This document shows, piece after piece, positions 1-13,025 of a stretch of DNA of 64,000 nucleotides. Each line of letters starts with the position of its first letter. The stretch's first letter is position 1. The notes beneath the pieces are model-generated. The model was not told the origin of the DNA. It made no database searches and worked only from the letters and a program-made list of their open reading frames with translations. Location: assembly GCF_964355755.1 (NCBI RefSeq), contig NC_092671.1:18786001-18850000 (forward strand), read 5' to 3'. The DNA comes from Antedon mediterranea. Taxonomy: Eukaryota; Animalia; Echinodermata. Position numbers and translations under genes: made by a program.

Positions 1-406
1 AATATTCCTCCAAAGCTACAGTGTTGTAATTTGTGATATACGCTTGTGCTATAATATCTGCTATTGTACCGACTTGCAGCACTAGTCCGGTACAGACCAA
101 CAAAGCTGGTAGAGTGAAATTAATTCCTACAAAATTTCAAGAGAATTAAAAATCTATACAATAATAACTATTGATTTTTAATTTGATGATAATTGTGCTA
201 TATTTTATTTGTATTGAATTTTTGTATGTAACCCAAGGTTGCGAGTCAATCGCTTTAATTGCAATTATTTACTATACTGAACTAGAATACAGTTTTTATT
301 GCAAATGATTTTGAAATGTTGCAACATAAGAGCACTGTAGACTCATATAAGGAGGTTAGCTTCTAGCTCACTTCACCACAAAATTGAAAATAAAACAAGT
401 TTTTAT

Positions 407-700
407 GTGAGGGCGTGTGTTGGACGTTGGACTACTGATCGTGAGACCGAGGTTCGAATCCAACTCTCGCCGCATTGCTTGTATCTGTAGGCAAGATACT
501 TTACTTACGTTTGCCTCTCTCCACCCAGGTGTATAAATGGGTACCCGGTTAGATCAAGACACAACTTTGCGCTGATTACTAGCTGCATTATGGAAGTATG
601 TTTCCATACGTGTTTGATCCCAAAAAAATGACTGAAGTAATAATGTTCAGCGCTTAGAGGTTTCATTACATTAGGCGCTATATAAATCAAGGATATTATT
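407..700 (+). mobile_element. tRNA-derived SINE with L2-type 3' tail
   Basis: B box GGTTCGAATCC at 451-461; central GGCAAGATACTTTAC...CTCTCTCCACCCAGGTGTATAAATGGGTACC block typical of conserved invertebrate SINE cores; 3' GCGCTTAGAG...GCGCTATATAAAT...TATTATT tail like L2 LINE ends. Confidence 0.8.
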
Positions 701-1020
701 ACACAGCAAAGCACACAAGAAAAACCTAAAACTTGTAATTGATATTCAAGAAGTAACTATGAAAATCCTTTGTGGCTTAAATTTTCCACCAAAACTTGTA
801 TAGTCAGTATAGTATATAATAACACTGTATGCAAAGTGTATTAGTATTTTATACACAATATAATTACTCAGATTTCTGCTCTAATAATTCTATACCATAA
901 TAAAACAATGATAATACATTTCTTGTACTATTATTACTGTGCAACAGTTTTAAGAAATGCTCTTTGATAATCTTTTTTGTCAATGTTGCATGTTTTAAAC
1001 ATTTTTACTGCACATCGCAG

Positions 1021-1074
1021 CTGGAACAGTACAAGTACCAAAGGTCAATGGAACAACTGAAGAAGTCCGCCAAG
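1021..1074 (+). CDS. TLN: talin, probable exon (acceptor uncertain: 1021 or 1044)
   Basis: Encodes ...SMEQLKKSAK, matching the QLKNSAK segment that directly precedes VMVTNVTSLL in talins; CAG at 1018-1020; weak donor GTTCGA at 1075. Confidence 0.6.
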
Positions 1075-3189
1075 GTTCGACAAGTCATGTTAATCTACTA
1101 ATTAATTTTACTTGTCTCTGTGTTTAACAATCAACACCTTCTATTTGTTGTGTTCTTTGCTTGTTAGTACAATGTCAGAGCTTGAATGAAATTTAAAGAA
1201 AACTTCCAGCATGGCAGTAGAGTCAAGAAATAATATTTTGTTTAAACATTCCAACCTTAACTGTCTTTGTTTATGTGTTATCCTTACAAAAGTATACTGT
1301 GCTACACTCAAAATCTTCTATAGGCAGTCTTCATTCTTCTTTTATAATTTAGATAACACTTTTAGATCAAATTTAAATAAAAGAAAATGTATGAACTGTA
1401 ATTGTACAATACTATTAAAAAATAGAAATAATTCAAAATAATAGTCTTAGTATTAAGATTTAAATTTTTGATATTACTTTATCACTAAAGAGAGAGAGAC
1501 ATAATTATAAACTTTTGTATAATTAATTTTTCTTCATATATTGATTAAAGCCATAGAAACAATACATACATCAATGCATAAAACCATACCAGGAACAAAA
1601 ATTCTCTAGGACTTCATTACCATGTAATGTGAAGAGTTATGCTTATCTTCTGGTTTAAAAACTTTGAATCTGAAAACATAGATGTGATCTGAAATTATGA
1701 AAGGCCAGCTTCTATAATATTGTCTGATTTAAGAATAAACTTAAACAAAGATATAATAGTAACATGTTTTCCTTCTAGACATGTGGGATTTCATCAAATA
1801 TTTATGAAAGGAATGAACACTTCATAAACTTTCCCAGGCTTTAAGCATAAACTATAATTTATCTTTTGCTGGAAAAAGTTGTTCTTGTTTTTTTTATAGA
1901 CTTCTTCCTCCTTATAGTTTGTTGGTACCAAATTATCAATAAAATATTATGAAATTGCCCATTTTAACTGATATCTGTGTTTTGACTCTGCTTTAAGAAC
2001 ATCTGTTTTAACATTGCTTATTGTACCTTAACATTATTTTCCCTGTTATCCAGGGTTGCTGTTGCTATGTTTTCAATTATTCCATTTCATTTACCATTAG
2101 TTATTTGCTTTATATTGTTCAGTGAGTCAGAGGTCCATATATATTTAACAGTAAATATAACACCAAACAAACTTTGTATTCCATTTCATTATTTAACTTT
2201 TAATATTCATGTTGTTTTTAGTTTTTTAACCAATTTGATGAGTTGTCAGTCTTTCGTAATTAGGTCTAATGCTGTACTGTAAAAAAATAGTTATATTCAA
2301 CTAAATTTGTTAAAATATATAATTCGTACTTCAAACAAAGGGTTAGCACTTTTTACATAACACTACAGTTTAAAATAAATAAATGTTTTTAATCAACAAT
2401 AAATTATCCATATGTCATGTATACATTATGTTATTATGTGCAGTACTATTTAAAAACTGACATTATTAAAACAGTACTCAGTTTCAATGGTACACTATTT
2501 TATTTTTAAAATATTTTAAAAATAAACAGGACATATTTTTAGTTTATTTTGAAAGGAAACAAAGTATTCTGCTTGCTTTACAACACAATATGATAAATAA
2601 CATTGCTGTTTTTTTTTTATTGTAAATGTAATTTATTTATTTTTTTTTATAAAAGAAAGCAGACAAAATAAAAAACATATAAGTTAATGAAAAAGATATA
2701 AGTTACAATATTTTAATAGCAGGGGGTAAACCTCCTCAAAAGCTTTAAAATTATTTTCAAGATATTAAATTAGTGTTTTAATAGCGACGAATGTGTTTTA
2801 TACACGAATGTCTGTAGCATTGTTAGTGATAGTTTTAAAATGATTTTCCAATAGAATATAAGTATCAGCGGTGTGTTTATACATACTTCACCCACTTCTG
2901 ATTACTGGTTATTCTATACTAACAACACAATTATGTTTATTTAAAATTGGTTAAGTGTGGCTTCTGTGTTCTAAATTCTGTCTCCCATGACATTTATTTT
3001 CCAAATACCAAAACACATGAGAATTATAATACCAAATAATTTTAATTGTTGTTTTAAAGGAAAAGTTTTTAGTATCATGTATTGTCATTTGTTATAAGAA
3101 AAAAACATAGAAATTCTGTTTGCTCTGTTGGCGGAGCACAATATCCAACGGACACAACACGAACTCAAAACAAAAACATTACATTTTTC

Positions 3190-3655
3190 AGAAGACGATC
3201 CGAAAAAATGTTCTCCAAAAGCAATTGTGCAGATCCAATTATACACGATGCGGTCTTGACAATTCTATTTAGGTCACGCTTTTCATTTTCGGTAGTGCTA
3301 CCGAACCATACCGTTAAAGAATACGTTATGAATCTCTCTATAACTGACCTATAGAAGGACGACATTATTTCAGAGTTTATACCAAATGATTTAAGTCTAC
3401 GTAGGAAGTAGATTCTTCTTTGGACCTTTCTAATAATGTTACGTGTGTTAATATGCCACTTCAGATCATTTGAAATATAAATACCCAAGAATTTTAATTC
3501 ATCCACAAACTCAACTGATATACCATTAATAAATATTGGATATTTGACAGTGATTTTCGGAATTCTACAACCATTTCTTTAGTCTTAGATACATTCAAGA
3601 ACAGATTGTTTTCGTTACACCAGTCTACAACTCGTTTAACTTGGTTGCGATAATT
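3190..3655 (-). mobile_element. LINE reverse transcriptase C-terminal fragment (Rex1/Babar- or L2-like), frameshifted
   Basis: WCNENNLFLNVSKTKEM then KFLGIYISNDLKWHINT...RIYFLRRLKSFG...FYRSVIERFITYSLTVWFG. Confidence 0.85.
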
Positions 3656-3859
3656 TATAATTATAATTTATTTTTATAAACTATTCTTAATTAATTAATC
3701 AATCCCAATCGAAATTGAAAATATGACGCTGTTAAGGTATCAATATTCTCATACAATATCAAGATGTACAAGTCTTATTACAAACTGTAACTGTAGTTTA
3801 AGTATGTTGTAAACAGTGTAAATGAGTAGGTGTCATATTGATAATTAAAATATCTAATT

Positions 3860-4646
3860 TTGATACTGCTGTCCCCCAGCCTTCTTTCTCCTCTTACTAT
3901 CCCGGCCACAATCTACAAACCTGGACAGTTTAAATGTAGTATATTCTCCTAGTACAATTCCAATCATATAGGCTACTTCATTACGCCAGTGTTTCCGCTT
4001 CTCCTCCCTCCCAACACACCCTAGGTACTGGGTGATGTGTTAAAGACGGTTCCAGTACAAATTATGTTAGCCATCACTCCCAACTTATAATTCCTCAGTG
4101 GCAGTTTTCAAATGTAGTTTAAAACATTCCCAGTAAAGTTTCAGTCATGGTGATCGGCTACATCCCCACCCCAAACTTACAGTCCCTTCCCAGGGATAAT
4201 TAAAATACTTTAACATTTTCCTACCACAATTCTGGTCAATTTGATAGCCTACTGCTTCTAGCCTAAGAAAATCCCCTGAACCCCAACTCCCAACTACCAC
4301 ACCCTATCTCCTAACCCCTCTCTCCCTTTGAAATGTAGTTTAAAACCTTCCCAGTACAATTGTGATCATTTTGATACCCCATATGTATGGTTACTGTACA
4401 TGCAGAAACAGAAATTTGTATAACGAACAAACATCGAAAGTGGGGAAAAGTGGGCCATTTTGACCACATTTTGGCCCCTAACTTGAATCCTAGATGGCGG
4501 ATGATGTTCAAATATAGTTTAGAACTTTCCCGGTACAATTGCGGTCATTTTGATAATCCATATGCAAGGTTACGTGCAGTAACAAAAATTTATATAACAA
4601 ACAAACAAACACAAAAACATACAAACTCTCTCACTTATAATATAGA
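3860..4646 (-). mobile_element. non-autonomous Helitron-like element with degenerate internal repeats
   Basis: Minus strand begins A|TCTATATTATAAGTGAGAGAGTTTGTATG...GTTTGTTTGTTT (Helitron-type 5' end plus microsatellite); about 6 degenerate AAATGTAGTTTAAAAC..CCCAGTACAATT units; far end not defined. Confidence 0.55.
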
Positions 4647-5057
4647 TATTCATTTGGATGAAAAACAGAAGATGATAATTTTTTTTAATAGTAATTATTT
4701 AATATGAAGCAAAAGAATGCAAGAGTTTAATTTTCTTCAATAGAAAATATTATATTCATTACAACTGATGTTCCCTTGTAACTGTTTTGTGCTTTTTATA
4801 ATACTAACATAGGCTTGCATTGTGTAACTTTTATTGGGTATGCTTATGGGATTGTATACCTTGTCTTTTTAAATGTTGTTTATTAAATTTCATTTTTAAT
4901 GTTCATATCATCATTAACACATACAATATTCTCTTTTGTATTGGCTTTTTTTATATTGTGTATAGATTTTATGATCTATGATCTATTATTAATAATAAAT
5001 TTTAGCTTTGGGTTATTTTATATACTAAAGTACTGTTTGTTTCTCATACATGCTTCA

Positions 5058-5306
5058 AGGTATAGTGTCCCCCCTGAAAAAAATATTGTTTTAAATGTTT
5101 TTGTTGAATATGCCATTTTAGTGTCACATAATCACTAAAAATTGGATCAGAAAAAAAATTTGACCCAAAAAACTGTTGTTAAAGTCAAAATTGATCGAAA
5201 GCTGATTGAATTTAATTAATTATTTTGTCTGTGAAGTTGGCCTATTCAAAGTCTTTTTTAATAATCTTCATTTCCTTTATGTTTTTGGGGGACAATACAT
5301 CTTTTA
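5058..5306. mobile_element. short non-autonomous DNA transposon, same family as 26195-29461 (Kolobok-like)
   Basis: TGTCCCCCCTGAAAAAA ... GGGGGACAATACATCTTTTAA; internal sequence similar to 26200-26360. Confidence 0.6.
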
Positions 5307-5541
5307 ACAATGTTGTGTATGTTTTGCAGTTTGGATTTACTTTAATATTTGTTTGCATTGTCAAACAATCAAAGTAAGTTATTTTAAGATACAAAAGGAA
5401 GAAGTAGGTACATAACAAAAATAAAAAGTTTAATACAGTTATCGACAACAACGTTGAGTACTGTAATACTGCAGAAATCGGTTACCGTAATAATATAGAG
5501 GAACTAAATATTATTATTAATGTAATTGTTTTATATTGTAA

Positions 5542-5702
5542 AGCTTTGTCTACACTATCAAACTTTATGTGTCAAAAAAATGTGATGTGCCCATATATGG
5601 ACATGATGATGTCATATCACTACCATATTTAAGCATAGCACTACCATATATAGGCACATCAAACTTTTTTGACACATAAAGTTTGATAGTGTAGACAAGG
5701 CT
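5542..5702. mobile_element. palindromic MITE (PIF/Harbinger-like)
   Basis: TIR AGCTTTGTCTACACTATCAAACTTTATGTGTCAAAAAA / TTTTTTGACACATAAAGTTTGATAGTGTAGACAAGGCT, TAA/TTA flanks. Confidence 0.8.
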
Positions 5703-5851
5703 TTATAAATAATATTGCAGGTTTACTCTACTAGTGTTGTTTAGTTATGTAAATAATACTGTATTTACGCATGTTTATAAAAAACAAGAAAAAAACCACA
5801 TTTGTTATGTATACACGCTAATATATTGAATGGTAGTGCATTTAAGACAAT

Positions 5852-6354
5852 AGGGAGGTTTCGCAACCATACGATAACGAAAACGGTTACGTCACGCATT
5901 TGTGAAACTTTTGACCTGATCCCCATTTCATATTCGTAAAGCGTATTCGTGTTGACGAATATCACCAGTCATATTCGTAACTACAAAACGAGTATAGTTT
6001 TTGATCTATTTTAGACATTTTGCATTTGAATCAGGAATGATTCATGATTATAATATAATTATAAATTTATTGAAAGTAATTTACTAAAGTAATTTACTAA
6101 AATGCCAAGTCAATTTTGATAAATAGCAGTTTTTAAAGTCCTCACTCGCATTGATGTTACGCTAGGCCTAGCCAGCCAAGCACCAAGCAACACGTACCTG
6201 CGCTTCGCTCAAATTTACCGCAGTCATATTTTGGACGGCGCCCTCAATATTTCATTGCCATGCAAAACAGATTTTTACTGGCTTACGAAAACGAATACGT
6301 GCGCGTGACGTATCCATTTTCGGTATCGTATTCGTAAGATTGCGAAACCTCTCT
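5852..6354. mobile_element. MITE with 3-bp TSD (Harbinger/ISL2EU-like)
   Basis: TIR AGGGAGGTTTCGCAA / TTGCGAAACCTCTCT; AAT on both flanks. Confidence 0.75.
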
Positions 6355-6639
6355 AATAATACTGAAATTAATACCGTAGTTTTGGACTGCAGAAGAACTC
6401 TTATAAAGGGGACATTCTCTGGGTTTCCAAATGGAGGCATTCTACTGTATATTACACTGTTGTGTTGACTATTTACAGTAAAATATTCCAATTGTTTATT
6501 ATTCAAGATTCAACAGTCAAAAAAATATAATTGAGATTTATAAATTATATATATTTTTTTTTTTGGATTAGATAACAGACAGATTACTAGATTCCTGGCC
6601 CAATTGTTGATTGTTGTTTTACTTGTGTTGTGTTTATAG

Positions 6640-6756
6640 GTGATGGTAACAAATGTAACTTCATTGTTGAAAACAGTGAAAAGCGTAGAGGATGAAGCAC
6701 TGCGTGGTACAAGGGCTTTGGAAGCAACAATTGATGCCGTAGTACAAGAAGCCAGA
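6640..6756 (+). CDS. TLN: talin exon (rod)
   Basis: tag|...|gtaagt; VMVTNVTSLLKTVKSVEDEALRGTRALEATIDAVVQEAR; 117 nt. Confidence 0.97.
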
Positions 6757-8086
6757 GTAAGTAAATGAGCAGTAACTATTATGTAATGCCTGTACATTGT
6801 TAGTAATTACAACATGCAAGTCTTGTCTACATTTCTTCTCAATCATGTGGCCCTCCTGAAGTTTGAACCGTGTGAGACCCATGCATTTAAATCCTTTGTT
6901 GCATCTCTCACTTGAAACCTAACATTTCATGTCTTTACAAAACTTGACACCTAAAATTGAAACTGAAAAGATGTGCTCTATAATGATGACTCAATGATCT
7001 CTAATCTGTTGTGTGTGAGAATGTTCCTTATTTTACATGTTATCAATGAATCAAATACAAAAGAGGATGTTTCTTTCCTATTTTAACATTCTTTTTTTAT
7101 TAATATCTACCTACATGACGGCAATAATGGTGTGTTTTATAAAGCCAACTATTGTTCATGCGAGACCAAGCTTTGTTATACAAATCTTAATAACAGGCAT
7201 AATAATAATAATAATCTGAAACTAAATCTATAGCAGGCTGTTATCAATATGTATAGTGATGTGATAGTGGGGTATGGTGTCTTATGACAAATCTTGGATA
7301 CTATACCAATACACAATATATGCAATCTGAGATAGACACCCTAATTCACTTCCTGTGAATCTAGTGTATATAATGCAAAGCAAATCACCCAGATTTACAG
7401 TTATCAGAGGCACTTTACAAACTACAGTCGTATGTATGTATGTATGTATGTATCTAGTTAGTTACTATTAGTTAGTTTCTGTATGCTGTACGCTGATATG
7501 GTAATGGTATTCTCTTGTCAACATGGAACTGAAAGCAACTATTCAACTCAACTGAAAGGAACTACTTGTGCACTCAATTTCACTTTAGGTCAACTGAACA
7601 GAGCTGAACCGAGGTGACAGAACAGAAAGGAACCAGTGTGCAAGCGCTTATGTCGTTTGGAACTGATAGTAAATAGTAACCATAATTGGTGTTGATAATT
7701 ACAACCAGTTTCATGTCGACATGATAGCTTAAATGCTGTGGTCCTTTCAACTTTGAATCACGTTGTGTACATGGTATAGGAACCACCCAAATCAAAGTTT
7801 TCAGTGTTCCCTCAGTTCCAAAAAATATTCAACTGAAAGCTGAAAGCTACTTCATTAATTTAAGTTAAGGTTTTCATATACTAGGTAACTTTTTTTAACA
7901 AAAATCAATTTGAAGTCGGAATGTTTTGAATATGGGTTTGTGGCTTTTCTTTTCTATCATCATTGCATTACTAACCTTATATTTTAAAATGGAAAAGCAA
8001 GCAGTAATAACAATTGCTTAAAATGAAACCTGGTTGCTGGCATTTAATATCGTGCAAAAACACCATGCTTTTCCATTTGTTTGTAG

Positions 8087-8266
8087 ATTCTTCAAACACC
8101 AGCTGAAAAGAGGTACACACCAGAGGACTTGATTCGCAGCACCAAACCTGTGACGGTTGCAACAGCGAAAGCTGTTGGAGCCGGCAACTCTTGCAAGCAA
8201 GATGACATAATTGCTGCATCTAATCTTGGCCGTACAGCTATATTTGAGCTGCTTGAAACTTGCAGG
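8087..8266 (+). CDS. TLN: talin exon (rod R12)
   Basis: tag|...|gtatgt; TPEDLIRSTKPVTVATAKAVGAGNSCKQDDIIAASNLGR; 180 nt. Confidence 0.97.
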
Positions 8267-9376
8267 GTATGTATAATAAAACACTTATTTTATCATGACA
8301 TTATTGCCATTTTATGGGGGCTGCTTTAGATTTTTAGAGAACTACATCATGTCTTTGGTACTCTGAAGTTTATAAGCACATTCTATACTATCTTTATGAT
8401 TAGTGTAAAGTTGGTATTTCTGGTTATCGGTGGGTGAACTTTACTAACTATAAGCGTAGTGTTTCAGGTGCAAAATTTAGCACTGTTAATTACAAGCCTG
8501 TAAAGCCAGCATTTTTACAGGGAGTTAATATAGGCTAGCTTGTCATTACTTTCGCTGTTAGTCAATCAATAGGACACTTTGGGCAAAAAAAGCCCTTTTT
8601 TTTCGAACTCTAGATTTGATTTTAATATAATATATAATATTTTGTCGTGTTGTGTTGCACAATTGTATTTTGCTTTAATGGCTGACGGCAAAAATTGATT
8701 TATTTTACACTATTTGACTTTACACATTAAAAGTTTCTGTGTTTCATAATAATTTTTCCCCATTCAATCTTCTTGTTATTTTGTCTATCTGTTTGTTAGA
8801 AAAGGTGGGCTATCTCACGTACTCTATTCTTTTAATGCTTTCACATTCTGAAATGCAGTCTAGGTAGAAAAAAAATCACAAAAACTGTTTATAGACATAG
8901 ACATAAACATGTGGCAGATGTCCACTTATGAGAGGTTGTCAGCCGATAGAAGGCCAATTTTTAGCATTCCTATGACCAATATTTTGTAATCACTATTTTT
9001 TATAAATTGTAATTTTACCTTTAAATGTTGGTTCTATATAATTTGGTATAGAAGTTAGTTATATTATGTGTATCCGAGGAAAGTATAATGCAAAAAAATA
9101 CAAAATACAAATTTTACAGTCAAAATGTGAGATTTAGTAAATGCATTGATTAGATAAGAATGCTATACAAGCGTTTGGATGAGGGTCTGTTGGGATGGTA
9201 TGTGTCAGGGAGGTTATATTATTACTTCACAGTTAGCAGTCCTGTGTAAATACAAAATTCTCTTTGAAATCTGCATAATAATACATAAAAATTGGTGTAT
9301 AAATTATAGTTTAGTACTTTCCAATGTGTGGTGATAAAAGGGTGTTTACTTTTACAAATTGATATTTTTTAATTAG

Positions 9377-9403
9377 GGTTCACAACCAACGGAAGATTCA
9401 GTG
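9377..9403 (+). CDS. TLN: candidate 27-nt talin cassette microexon (GSQPTEDSV)
   Basis: ttttttaattag|GGTTCA...TCAGTG|gtgagg; phase 0-0, open, frame preserving; no homology support. Confidence 0.4.
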
Positions 9404-10827
9404 GTGAGGAATTCACTCCATGGTTTTATGCTATACTCTTTTTAAATTATTTTTAATTTCTTTTCTTTTTGTTGAAGCATGAGTTACCTTTTATGTTTCC
9501 ATTATGAAATCTACAGTATAATTCATGTGACTTTGGACATGATCTGAAAAAATGGTACTGACTTTGAACTATACCAGTCGTCACACATTCATACATTTTG
9601 ATTCATGTTTGGCAAATACTAACTAATCGACGCTGTAACGCAAAAATAAATAGTGCAGTGTTTATTGATTCCTTGGGCTAAAATCTAATCCTAGCAAGGT
9701 ATAAACAACAGTCTATGTGATCTGAAGTTGGTAGGTTCAAATCATTCCCCAACAACGTATTAGTCCACAAGTATTCTCAAATTTACTATTTGGCAATCTT
9801 CTCAGAGTAGGAAAAACATGTGATTAATTATTTAGTTTTATACATAGTCATTGATAACTTGATGACCTGACATTGACCTGACCTTACAGCTGACATGACC
9901 TATGACCTAATATTTCTGTTTTCAGTATACTCTTCATCTGCCGTTTTCTGTATCATCTTGAGTGAAACATTTCATCGTTTGTCTAATGATGCATCACAAT
10001 TTATATTGTCAAGTGAATTACTGAATGCAATTTATTTTCTACAGTCTATTCAATATATATTAGATTTTATTGCAGGTCAATTGACCTATAGAATAAAACT
10101 GAAAGGTCATGATTATTATGCTTGATCTAAATATATAATTATTAACATGTTCAATGCTTTCATGGTCTTTAAAGCAAAATAGAAATACTAGAAAAAAAAC
10201 ACCATATATTCCATTATTTCAATTTTAAACTTTGTCGAAGAATGTCATTTTAATTAATTGGTTTTTTTTTTATTAAATATATCTTATTAAAAAGACAGAG
10301 TAGTATTACACCATTATACTGTAGTAATAGATTTTTGAATTTTAATGAACTTTGTCTTATAAATTAAGATATAAATGAATGAATTGACTAGTTTACTAAT
10401 GTTTTATTTATCGTTTATCTGTTTTTCTAATCTATTAATTTCAACTCTGAAACAATCTTTTTTGTTAATGCCTATATACTTTTATTTCAGTTTCTTGTGT
10501 GATTATTATTATTTGTGTGAAGTGCTCATTATAACCATGTGCGCATGTTGCGTTAATACACAATAACCTAATCAACACTAAACAATAGGATGTTAATTTT
10601 GAAAATAGGGATTCCGAATTGTGCCTTTATAAATGACTGAATTAGTTGTATGTACAGTTTTGTAGGCAAAAGTTATCACTGTATGTAACTATTAAACTGG
10701 GCAATTTGAAAATGACTGTTTGATGCTAATTATTTATAATATCTTTCCTATATTCTCCATGTTTAATAAATAATGTATCATTCTATTTTTGATATTCAAA
10801 TACTGTACTTAATATTCTTTTTTACAG

Positions 10828-10932
10828 GGAGCTGCAGCTACTGCTCAAACACCTGAAGCTAAACAGAGAACACTGGTTGCTGGACAGAACTGTGCCGATT
10901 CTTATCGTTCACTTCTTCAAAATGTTCATCTG
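10828..10932 (+). CDS. TLN: talin exon
   Basis: cag|...|gtaaga; GAAATAQTPEAKQRTLVAGQNCADSYRSLLQNVHL; 105 nt. Confidence 0.93.
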
Positions 10933-12547
10933 GTAAGACCTGTTTTTAGTAATCTAGTCTTATTTATTTTTATTAATAAGTACAATTGTACAAATAAAAA
11001 TTTAATTATTAAAATTAATTATTAATTAAAAATTTTGTTTTTGAATATTAATTTTAATTTGACATTTTGTCAACTATACAACTTAAAAACTGTATGGAAT
11101 TCATCAAGTTGTATTTGTGTTTAGTGCTAATGTATTAAAAATGTCTGGCTGATATGAAACAAAGTAACAGTATGCAATTTGATGTTTGTCAATTCCAATA
11201 AGAATAGGTCAAATGTCTCCCAATAACCACCACATTTTTCCAATACTTTTGAGTGATCTTCTGTCCAAAGTTGCAATTTCTTTAGATTTTTTTGGATACT
11301 AAAAAGGACATCCTAATAATAATCCTAATCCTAATACCATTTAGGCTTTATTACTAGAATCCTTTAATGTTTGCTTAATTTTGGCTAATGTTTGGATGTA
11401 TTTAAATAAAAATTATAGCACCCTCCTGCTGTTCAAATCAAATTAGGACCTTGTGATAAATAGATACTGAATATTCAGTCAAAGTTGGGCAAACTCATCA
11501 TTTGTATTGTCTTGTTTTTACATTATTTATATTAGGATTCAGAAACAGAAGAATATTCATTGGTGAGACTATCACTCCATGGATTGTGCTAGCTTCTTTT
11601 GTTATCTGAAACATGGGATGCTTCTTTTTTAATATACCTATTATATACTACAATATGATTTATTTGGACATAATCCTATAAAAACTATTATTATAAATGC
11701 TTTCATAAAAAAATGAAAAAATGTAGGTGCAATGCAAGTGATTTGACCAATCATAAGCGACAGTTTGAAAAGTCCATCGCATTGTGATTGGTCAAATTCT
11801 CGGGTACACTTGCATCCACATGGACACCAAGCTCAAAACTTTCCCTAGAAAATTTACCAATGGTTGCAAAAGTTGTCAAATGTAGGATTGGCCTTCATAA
11901 AAAAATGTTCGTCATTCAAAGTAATATTACACCAATAGTTGGACTGTGCAGTCAAATCATGTTTAATATGAATAGTAAAGTCATCAGTAACTTTTATGTG
12001 TTACTCCAGGGTTTATGCAACCACCATCATAAAGCTTTGAAAAGTATCATATTGAATTTGATGACATCACAGCAGCTGTCATGACCTGTAACCTTTTACA
12101 GTTTCACACATCTTGAATTGCTATTTCAGTTTGTTAGTTTGATACATCACAATACATATCGTAACATAACTGCAATTTTAATTTTTACAATGAAATGTTT
12201 TTTATCATGACATTAGACTTTGTTGCACTTGATTTAATATTACAAAAGGATACAAAAAATATAAACAATGGAGATATAAAATAATAAAATCTTGTTACAT
12301 TAAAATGAAGTCAATTATATTAGGCCTAAATGTCAAATATGCGTTCTGAAAACTCAGTCATGTCTGAAAATAGAAAATACCTGTTAAGTGTTAAATGTTT
12401 TATTAATTCACAGACATAGAAAAAATAAAAGGTTAATTCATTTAAAATTGGTGAAGAAATAATATATGTGAGAAAGCCACCCCAACCAAGATTTGAACCC
12501 ACAATCTTCTGATTGTTATTGTTTTGTATTTTATTTATTTATTTTAG

Positions 12548-12653
12548 GTCATCCAAAAGCCAACACCTGAAGGTAAACAAAAATTGGTACATTACTCAAA
12601 ACGAGTTGCAACGTCGGTCGGTGAAGTAGTACAAGCTGCTGAAGCTCTCAAAG
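12548..12653 (+). CDS. TLN: talin exon
   Basis: tag|...|gtaaat; VIQKPTPEGKQKLVHYSKRVATSVGEVVQAAEALK; 106 nt. Confidence 0.96.
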
Positions 12654-12900
12654 GTAAATTTACAGCTAAAGACAAATTGCAGCTAAAAACAGATAATATT
12701 AATTTATTAAACTATTCACTATGCAACAGCTATTTGTGGAAGCTCTCAATTGATTAGTGTGGGTGATGTTTAACAGTCCAATTGCTGCATCTGCGAACTA
12801 TAACAATAATAATTCTGAAGTGTTGCCTATTTTGTGGAACTGTGCCACTTATTGTGGTTAATAAATTCGGTATATTAAATGCGTAATTTGTTTTCCCTAG

Positions 12901-13025
12901 GCCCTGACTGGGTAGATCCAGAAGACCCACATGTTGTGGCTGAGAATGAACTTCTTGGTGCAGCGGCATCTATAGAGGCAGCAGCTAAGAAACTAGCAAT
13001 GCTTAAGCCTAGGTCAAGACCAAAG
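12901..13025 (+). CDS. TLN: talin exon (start of THATCH/I-LWEQ region)
   Basis: tag|...|gtatgt; DWVDPEDPHVVAENELLGAAASIEAAAKKLAMLKPR; 125 nt restores frame. Confidence 0.97.
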
